Source: Octopus vulgaris (taxonomy: Eukaryota). From it: a stretch of DNA of 64,000 bases. The stretch lies in NCBI GenBank assembly GCA_951406725.2, contig OX597833.1, forward strand, positions 5,270,001 to 5,334,000, written 5' to 3'. The notes under the pieces were generated by a model. The model was not told the DNA's origin. It worked only from the letters and a program-made list of their open reading frames with translations, and did no database searches. Position numbers and translations under genes: made by a program. The stretch's first letter is position 1, and every line of letters starts with the position of its first letter. Of this stretch, positions 55,370 to 64,000 are shown piece by piece.

Positions 55370-55803
55370 CACGTGTGTTCAGTCCCACTGCGTGGCGCCT
55401 TTGGCAAATGTCTTCAACGATAGCCTCGGGCCAGCCAAAGTCTTATCAGTGGATTTGGTACACGGAAACTGAAAGAAGCCCGTCGTATATATATAAATAT
55501 AGGGTAGTAGTACAACAATGCACCAATATTTACTGGAAATAGCAGCCGATAATATATATATATATATATATATATACGTATGTATATATGTATGTATGTA
55601 TTTGTGTTGTCCGCCCACCATCGCTTGACAACCGATGTTGGTGTGTTTACGTCCCAGTAACTTAGGGATTCGGCAAAAAGATTTCGATGGAATAAGTACT
55701 AGGCTTCCAAAGAATAAGTCTTGGGGTCGATTTATTCGACTAAAGGCGGTGCTCCAGTATGGCTGAAGTCAAATGACTGAAACAAGTAAACGAAAAGAAT
55801 AAA
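55370..55803 (+). mobile_element. Family D SINE with a foreign ~50-bp insert in its internal microsatellite
   Basis: Standard D blocks; insert 55502-55553 matches 44965-45012. Confidence 0.8.
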
Positions 55804-55921
55804 GAATACGCGCGTTTCCCTAAACTGAGCGATGTTACGTGAGCCAGTTCGCATTGTTGCCCTATCGACTGGCACGCTTCTTCGGTATTAGCACCTATCG
55901 GCTTTAAGCAGCTGTGTTCTT

Positions 55922-55982
<61 letters not shown>

Positions 55983-56022
55983 CACCACCACCACCACCAC
56001 CACTACTACTACAACAACAACA

Positions 56023-56155
<133 letters not shown>

Positions 56156-56374
56156 AGTATACATTTATAGAAGTATTACTCGCAATGTTGAACCGCTGAA
56201 CTCTACGCAGTTTTTCTCTCTCCGTTTTTTTTTTTTTCGTCTACTCTCCGTTTTTCCCCTCTTATTTCTTTATGTCGAAGGGCATAGGCTCGAAACGTGA
56301 AAGACTTTTCCATTTTCCCCGAGCGTTAAACTAATACACCTGCATGTTGTTCCTACACCTGTCTTCGTCTTTTA

Positions 56375-56650
56375 TAAATAAGTACCAGTTACGCACTGGG
56401 GTCGATGTAATCGACTTAATCCGTTTGTCTGTCCTTGTTTGTCCCTCCCCTCTGTGTTTAGCCCCTTGTGGGTAGTAAAGAAATAGGTATTTCGTCTGCC
56501 GCTACGTTCTGAGTTCAAATTCCGCCGAGGTCGACTTTGCCTTTCATCCTTTCGGGGTCGATAAATTAAGTACCAGTTGCGTCCTGGGGTTGATCTTATC
56601 GATTGGTCCCTTCCCCCAAAATTTCATGCCTTGTGCCTAGAGTAGAAAAG
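56375..56650 (+). mobile_element. Family B SINE units in tandem
   Basis: AAGTACCAGTT.CG..CTGGGGT.GAT block twice; tail TTTAGCCCCTTGTGGGTAGTAAAGAAATA. Confidence 0.8.
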
Positions 56651-56655
56651 GAAAG

Positions 56656-56705
<50 letters not shown>

Positions 56706-56744
56706 ACACACACGTGCGCGCATAAACACACACACACATATATA

Positions 56745-57118
56745 TGATGGACTCCTTTGTTGCTTTGACGGATGAAGGTTGAGCAAGACATCTTAATAAC
56801 GACCATCAAACCACGGCCACATTTATGCAGACACCCTGCCCCATCGCAGCATCTTCCACCTGTCCTCGTTGCCTCTTCCACTTGCCGCCATCGGACTTTT
56901 ACAAGAGAAGTCAGAGCATGTTGGTGCCTGTCTCTTAATGCAATGAACATTCTAGAATGAGCATGGTTGGTGCAGAGCCAGTTCCACTTGGGTTGGTCCG
57001 GTGCAAGAAGTGTCACCAGCCGAAGAGTTATCAGGATGCAACATTTGTATCAAGTTAACCCTGAGCTACCTTGAGTCCGTTGGGTTATCACGGTCTGAAA
57101 CTATTCCGGAATATGCCT
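56745..57118 (-). mobile_element. Degraded RTE-like LINE 3' end
   Basis: Minus strand has VRWRQ and CLHKCGRG remnants and ends CAAAGGAGTCCATC + microsatellite, resembling the RTE tail near 6040. Confidence 0.45.
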
Positions 57119-57119
57119 G

Positions 57120-57210
<91 letters not shown>

Positions 57211-57359
57211 GCATGTATATATACATAGTGGTGTGTGTTATACGTTATATATATATATATGTATTTATATGATATATATATATAATATTATATGTGTATA
57301 TATATATATATACATATATATACACATAAATAGATACATACATATACATATATACATAC

Positions 57360-57428
<69 letters not shown>

Positions 57429-57762
57429 TAATCCAAACAAGAAAGCACAAAAAAAACACAACAACGCGAGGACGAGGAACAAATATAGTATTATTGGACG
57501 CTCAGGAAAGAAGGAAAGAAGGAGATGTATATGTATATATATAGGTAGTTAGTTACATAAATAGATGTGCACATATAACTATATGTAGTGGATAATAATA
57601 ATAATAATAATAAAGATAATGATAATGATGATGATGATGACGACGATCTGCAATAAAAACTTCATCATAATCTCGGTTGCATGTGTATATATGTATATAT
57701 GTGATTGTGTACATATATCTATATGTATATATATGTATGTATATGTGTATGTATACACACAT

Positions 57763-57817
<55 letters not shown>

Positions 57818-58111
57818 CATATACACATGTGTATATAAATGTGTATTATGTATTATACACATGCACACACACACACACAAACATACTCATCAATATGAAA
57901 TGCAAAGAACAAAATGAAGAAGGAGAAGAAGAAGAAGAAGAAGAAGAAGAAGAAGAAGAAGAAGAAGAAGAAGAAGGGAAGAAGAAGAAGAAGAAGAAGA
58001 AGAAGAAGAAGAAGAAGAAGAAGGAGAAGAAGAAATAGAAGAAGAAGAAGAAGAAGAAGAAGAAGAAGAAGAAGAAGAAGAAGAAGAAGAAGAAGAAGAT
58101 GAAGAAAAAGA

Positions 58112-58126
58112 ACTTACCATAGCCAT
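58112..58126 (-). other. Candidate 5' splice donor preceded by ATG GCT ATG
   Basis: Minus strand ATGGCTATG|GTAAGT, a consensus donor, at the end of a ~450-bp mostly non-repeat block. Confidence 0.3.
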
Positions 58127-58621
58127 TTATGTGTGTGTGTGGGTGTTCAGAGAAAAACAATAAATCCCTCAAAAAATTTATAATAATATATATATATATA
58201 TCCTCCGAATGAAAGCCTCCTCTTCCACTTCTCCAGCAGTATCAACGTTTCCACCACCAGCACAACAACAACAATGAATGAGAGTATCAACAAGAACAAC
58301 TGTGGTATTGATTAAACACTTTGAAACTCCTTCTTGACTAACAACTAAATAGTTTTCAGTTGTGAGGTCGATATGTTCAAGACAGCGTTGTGAGGTCGAT
58401 GTGTTGGTCACCTTTCTGAGTCGACTTCTGGTTCTTCCTGTAGTTTTTGTTGTTATTTGGGGTGGTTGTTGCTGCTTTGATTGTTGTTGTTGCTGTTGTT
58501 GTTGTTACTGCTATGTCCGTTGTTGTTATCCGGGTTTTTGTTGTTGTTGTTCGTTGTTGTAAAAGAATGTTTTAATAATTATTTGTGAAGCAAGAGATTT
58601 GTTGGAGGGTGTGTATATGTA

Positions 58622-58670
<49 letters not shown>

Positions 58671-58692
58671 AAGCTGATGTGTACGTCTGTTG

Positions 58693-58757
<65 letters not shown>

Positions 58758-59005
58758 TGTATGTATGTATGTATGTATGTATATGTATGTATATGTGTAT
58801 ATATATATATGAGTGTATATATATATGTGTGTGTGTACGTTTGTGCGTTTGTGTGTTTGTTTGTATGTATGTATGTATGTGTGTATGTATCTATCTGAGT
58901 ATATGTATATCAGAGTGTATATATGAATTTACATGCCTTTATAAGCTTATTTAAATGTATGTATATATGTATGTAATTACACGTTTATATACACACATAT
59001 ATATA

Positions 59006-59037
<32 letters not shown>

Positions 59038-59367
59038 ATGATTGTGTGTGAGTACGTGTGTGTGTGTGTATGTATGTGTGTATGTATGTAGTTATATATA
59101 TGCGTGTGTGAGTGTGTGTGTGTGTGCCTGTACAGTGCTGGTTCTTTAAGGTTTATTCAATCCGATATTGCTGTCCGCTTCGTCTTTTGAATTCTGCGAG
59201 AAAATCCTCGCTTTTATGTATCTCTCGTCTGCCATTCACTCACTCGGCAACCTCTCACTTCCACCCACACGTTCAGAGCAAGCCTTCCATTCACTTTCAC
59301 TCACTCACTCACTCACTCACTCACTCCTACTTATACTCACGTAACGCGCTGAGCTGACTCTCTCTCC

Positions 59368-59401
<34 letters not shown>

Positions 59402-59484
59402 GTACACACTCACTCACACTTTCCTCGCCGTCTTTGCATTTTCTACCGTAATTCTCTCCTCCTCCTTCACATATTACTCTCTCT

Positions 59485-59730
59485 CTCTCTCTTCAGTTAG
59501 TTCATCCCTTCCCCTCTGTTAGCTCCCTTTCTCTCTATATATGTATCTCTGCTCTCTCTCTCTCTCTCTCATTATCTCTCCCTCTCTCTGTATCTCCTGC
59601 TATCTCTCTCTCTCTTCAGTCAGTTCATCCCTTCCCCTCTGTTAGTTCCCTTTCTCTCTCTATATGTATCTCTGCTCTCTCTCTCTCTGTCTCATTATCT
59701 CTCCCTCGCTCTGTATCTCCTGCTCTCTCT
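59485..59730. repeat. ~123-bp CT-rich tandem duplication (2 copies)
   Basis: CTTCAGT(T/C)AGTTCATCCCTTCCCCTCTGTTAG..GTATCTCCTGCT repeated at ~59491 and ~59614. Confidence 0.85.
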
Positions 59731-59966
59731 TCTCTCTCTCATAGCTCTTCCTCCTCCTATCTCTCACTCTCCCACTATACTAACGCTATCTCTATATCTC
59801 TCTACGTCTGTAACTTCTCTCTCAAACGCTTACGATTTTCTCTCCATCTACAGTTTCTGTCTGTCCCTCTCTGTCGCTCTCTCTGTCTCTCTCTGTCTCT
59901 CTCTCTGTCTCTCTCTGTCTCTCTCTGTCTCTCTCTCTGTCCCTCTACCTCATTAAGTACACGCAC

Positions 59967-60001
<35 letters not shown>

Positions 60002-60221
60002 CGCATACACACAAATGGCGCAAGCGCGCAACACGTGCTGACCAGACACACTCTCCCTCTCTTTCTCCCTCTCCCTCTCTTTACCCTCTCCCTCACTTTC
60101 TCTCTCTCTCTCCCTCTGTCCCCCTCCCCCCTCTCTCTCTTACTCTTCTGAAGCCTGGTGGGTGAAACCAAGTAAGAATATGTATGTCTGTGTGTGTATG
60201 TTTGTGTGTGCGTGTGTATAC

Positions 60222-60264
<43 letters not shown>

Positions 60265-60630
60265 ATATTCTTTTATTTGACTGCGGCCATGCTGGAGCAC
60301 CGCCTTTTAATCGAAGAAATCGACCCCAGGACTTATTATTTGTAGGCCTGGTGCTTATTCTATCGTTCACTTATTGCCGAACCGTTAATGAACGGGGGCG
60401 TAAACACACCAACATCGGTCGTCAACTGATGGTGGAGGGACAAACACAGACACACGAACACACACATGTATAAACACCACGGGATTCTTTCAGTTTCCGT
60501 CTGCCAAATCCACTCACAAGTCTTTGGTCGATCCGAGGCTACAGCAGAAGACACTCGCCCAAGGTGTCACGCAGTGGGACTGAACCACGAACCATGTGGT
60601 TGGTAAGCAAACTTTTTACCACACAGCTAC
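60265..60630 (-). mobile_element. Family D SINE
   Basis: Reverse complement of the family D blocks. Confidence 0.85.
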
Positions 60631-60645
60631 TCGTATATATATATA

Positions 60646-60690
<45 letters not shown>

Positions 60691-60746
60691 TACATATATA
60701 TATATATACATATACTTATACATATATATATATATATGTATGTATA

Positions 60747-60788
<42 letters not shown>

Positions 60789-61141
60789 ACACAACACTCA
60801 CACACTTGTATATATAGGTAGATAGATAGATAGATATACAATAATATATATACACACACACACATATGAGCGTGTGTATGCAGTGTATGTGTTTGTATTT
60901 GTGTGTGTATATATATATATATGTATGTGCGTGTGTGTGTGTATATGTGTGTGTGTTTATGTATGTATATCGATGCGAATGCAAAGCACAATCTCTCTCT
61001 CTCTCTCTCTCTCGCGTGCGATTTTTGGTGTGTGTGTCTTTCTGCATCCTGTCTACCTGTACACTTCACACACAAATATATACTTATCATATACATACAG
61101 GCATAGATACATACACGCACTTATATAAATACATACACATA

Positions 61142-61304
61142 GGCGTAGGAGTGGCTGTGTGGTAAGTAGCTTGCTTACGAACCACATGGTTCCGGGTTCA
61201 GTCCCACTGCGTGACTCCTTGAGCAAGTGTCTTCTACTATAGCCTCGGACCAACCGAAGCCTTGTGAGTGGATTTGGTAGACGGAAACTGAAAGAAGCCC
61301 GTCG

Positions 61305-61337
<33 letters not shown>

Positions 61338-61525
61338 TTGTGTTTGTCTGCCCAACATCACTTGACAACCGATGCTGGTGTGTTTACGTCCCCGTAACTT
61401 AGTGGTTCGGCTAAAAGATCGATAGGATAAGTACTAGGCTTACGAAGAATAAGTCCTGGGGTCGATTTGCTCGACTAAAGGCGGTGCTCCAGCAAGGCCA
61501 CAGTCAAATGACTGAAACAAGGAAA
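61142..61525 (+). mobile_element. Full-length family D SINE
   Basis: GGCGTAGGAGTGGCTGTGTGG head to GACTGAAACAAG tail. Confidence 0.9.
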
Positions 61526-61735
61526 AATGAGGAAAAAGGAGAGTATACATAGATATACATACGCCCGCGCAGTCTGTGTGTGAGTGTGTGTGTGTAAGTG
61601 TGTGTGTGTGTTGAGTTGTCTAAAGAAACGATGACACTCCAAAAGTATCAAGACACTGGACTAGCTTAATCGATATTGTATACAAGTACAAGCACACTCT
61701 TACCTACCTACCTACCTACCTACCTACCTACCTAC

Positions 61736-61786
<51 letters not shown>

Positions 61787-61800
61787 CTATCTCCGTCTAT

Positions 61801-61854
<54 letters not shown>

Positions 61855-61867
61855 ATATCTTTGTCTC

Positions 61868-61923
<56 letters not shown>

Positions 61924-61940
61924 TCGTATCTTTGTCTCCG

Positions 61941-62015
<75 letters not shown>

Positions 62016-62044
62016 CTATCTATCTATCTATCTATCTATCTATA

Positions 62045-62090
<46 letters not shown>

Positions 62091-62204
62091 GCTATCTATC
62101 TGCCTGTCTGTTTGTCTGTCTCTCTGTCTCTCTCTCTCTCTGTCTTTACATCATTCTACACACAAACATACTTATTTAAATATAAATAAACGTATTCTTT
62201 TCGT

Positions 62205-62940
62205 CATATTTATGGTCGCTTTCTTCACGATTGTTTTTGTGTAAGAACAACATCTCTTTATGATTCACCAGTGGTGGACGAATGTTTCTGCAAATTGTTG
62301 TCCAATATTTCCAACTGACGGCAATTCTTTCCCGCTTTAACTCTTCCATTTTGGTTGAACAATTCCAATCCCGTCAAATATTGCGCATAACTTTTTACCG
62401 CTGTGGTCCTGGTCCTGGGACAGATTCTCCTTTCTCATCGGGTGCCAACGATTGGTATTTTCGTTGGATGGGATTATAAAGAACCAACTTTTCCTCGCAT
62501 ATGATAATTCTACCCAAAAAAGATTCGGCAGCGTGTCAACCCTTCAATGACAACCAGAGAATTAATCTGAGAAGCAGTCGGACGATGACGGACCCACTTA
62601 AAAAGTTTGGATCCTTTTTCTAAGTTCATGATGGCGTTTTGTGATCGAAGTATGGCTTGAACTGTTTTGTTTTGCTAATTCATGTGCGGTCTGCTTTGGA
62701 TTTTCTTTGACTATGGTTTTCAGAAATTCAAAATTGACGGAACTTGGTCGCCCAAATTCAGGGGAATCTGTAAGAGAAAAATTACCCTTGTGAAAGCAGC
62801 CAAACCACCGTTGATGTTTTCGGATAACTGAAGCTCCATTTGCATAGAACGAATATTTCTTGCCGCTTCCATTGTTGAAAAGTCCTTTTTCAGTTCTTAC
62901 TGCAAGAAGTGTCTGGTATGGGTCAGATTAAAAACTCATC
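62205..62940 (-). pseudogene. Degraded mariner transposase
   Basis: Minus strand: EAARNI..QRWFGCFHKGNFSLTDSPEFGRPS..IVKENP..KWVRH (WVPH)..FLGRIIICEEKLVLY (ITGDEKW)..CRQL..RPPLVNHKEMLFLH (HDN region); frameshifted. Confidence 0.8.
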
Positions 62941-63224
62941 TTAAAAGGATAAAATCGATGCGAATTTACCCAAAATATTGTAAAGTAATCTGCGAAAACA
63001 TATTTATGATCACAGGCGTTCCACCCGAGACCATTGCATTTGTGATGCAAACACAATTTATCAAGGGCTACATTCTCCAGGTTCTTATTTTTAGTGCCAT
63101 TGAGGTTAGTTGTTGTTTTCTATCCTCAGGTCAAGCCCTGATGGAGCAGATTTATGATCAAAGACGTTCCAGCCATGACTCTCTCATCTTTTTGTTATAC
63201 GCAAGGAACCCAGTTCCACACTGA

Positions 63225-63423
63225 TTTCAAATTATGGCCCAAGGCCAGCAAATTCAGGGAAATAAACCGACCCCAGTGTTCAACTGGTACTTATTTTATC
63301 GCCCCTGAAAAGATGAAAGGTAAAGTCGACCTCGTTGGAATTTGAACTTAGAAAGTATAGACGGAAAAAATGCCACTAAACGTTTTGTCCGGCGTGCTAA
63401 CGGTTTTGACAGCTCGTCGCCTT
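63225..63423 (-). mobile_element. Family B SINE
   Basis: GATGAAAGGTAAAGTCGACCTCGTTGGAATTTGAACT block on the plus strand, i.e. a family B copy in reverse. Confidence 0.8.
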
Positions 63424-64000
63424 AAATTCTACGCCACATTATCCAACGTGTTCTTATCAAAGACAACAAGGAGGGTCTGCTTTGAAAGAGACTTAACTGG
63501 TGCTTTTTTTAGCAGATCGGGTGACATGGCGACTCCTTTGTCGCCTTATGTCCCTCTTTTTTTAAGTTAAAACTGCACGATTTGAAGGAAATTTGACTTC
63601 TATTCATTTCAACCAAGACGAATGACAATGTAAAGGCCACCTTTTCGCACCACTCAGCGAATCGCCAGACACTTTTTCTACGTGATTTGGTGCAAATGTT
63701 TTCTTTGCCATTCTAAAATTGCGAAGCTGTGACATGTATGCATTTCTCAATGCAATCTGTTACGTGGACGAAGTGAAACGGTTTCTGTTAGTATCGAAAC
63801 CGTTTTGCCGGCAGGCTGATTCAGTCAGTGATATACTTCACTCTATGCAGAGACAAACCAAATTCTTCAGAAACGCCGACGGTACCATCACAGCAGACAA
63901 TGTGTATCCAAGGACAGGAATTGTGCAACAGGGTTCAAAGACTTGACAGATGGGGGAATTCTTCGTTTATGGTAAAGAATCAAGGCTAAAATTTCTTTAC

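Noticed and set aside
63719-63975. Non-repetitive ORF at the window end as an exon or transposase piece
   Set aside because: No motif recognised in any frame and no convincing splice pair; needs flanking sequence and a BLAST search.

Overview
Repeat-dominated, essentially non-genic eukaryotic DNA. The dense (TA)n/(CA)n/(TAA)n/(TATC)n microsatellites and the SINE repertoire look like a coleoid cephalopod (Octopus-like) genome; that assignment is my inference. I can support no intact host protein-coding gene, and almost all entries in the ORF track are microsatellite translation artefacts. Supportable content: (1) R4/Dong-clade RLE-type LINE fragments inserted in (TAA)n arrays, plus a ~560-bp non-coding element that also sits only in (TAA)n. 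(2) RTE and CR1-like LINE remnants. (3) At least four tRNA-derived SINE families that swap heads, cores and tails. (4) DNA transposon relics: an hATm-type element with TIRs, mariner fragments, a mariner foldback made of two 3' ends, and a non-autonomous Helitron. (5) A near-identical 1.29-kb tandem duplication. The most interesting signal is a set of type I hammerhead ribozyme folds in short, often palindromic, Penelope-like repeats. The best folds are at 23.6-23.75 kb, 32.8 kb and 53.3 kb, with degenerate ones at 22.6, 45.2 and 56.3 kb. Weaker leads are a helically phased 4x TGACGT cluster (23.05 kb) and minus-strand splice signals (58.1 kb, 34.5 kb) suggesting much of the window may be intronic. 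Coordinates were read by eye and repeat boundaries may be off by several bases.
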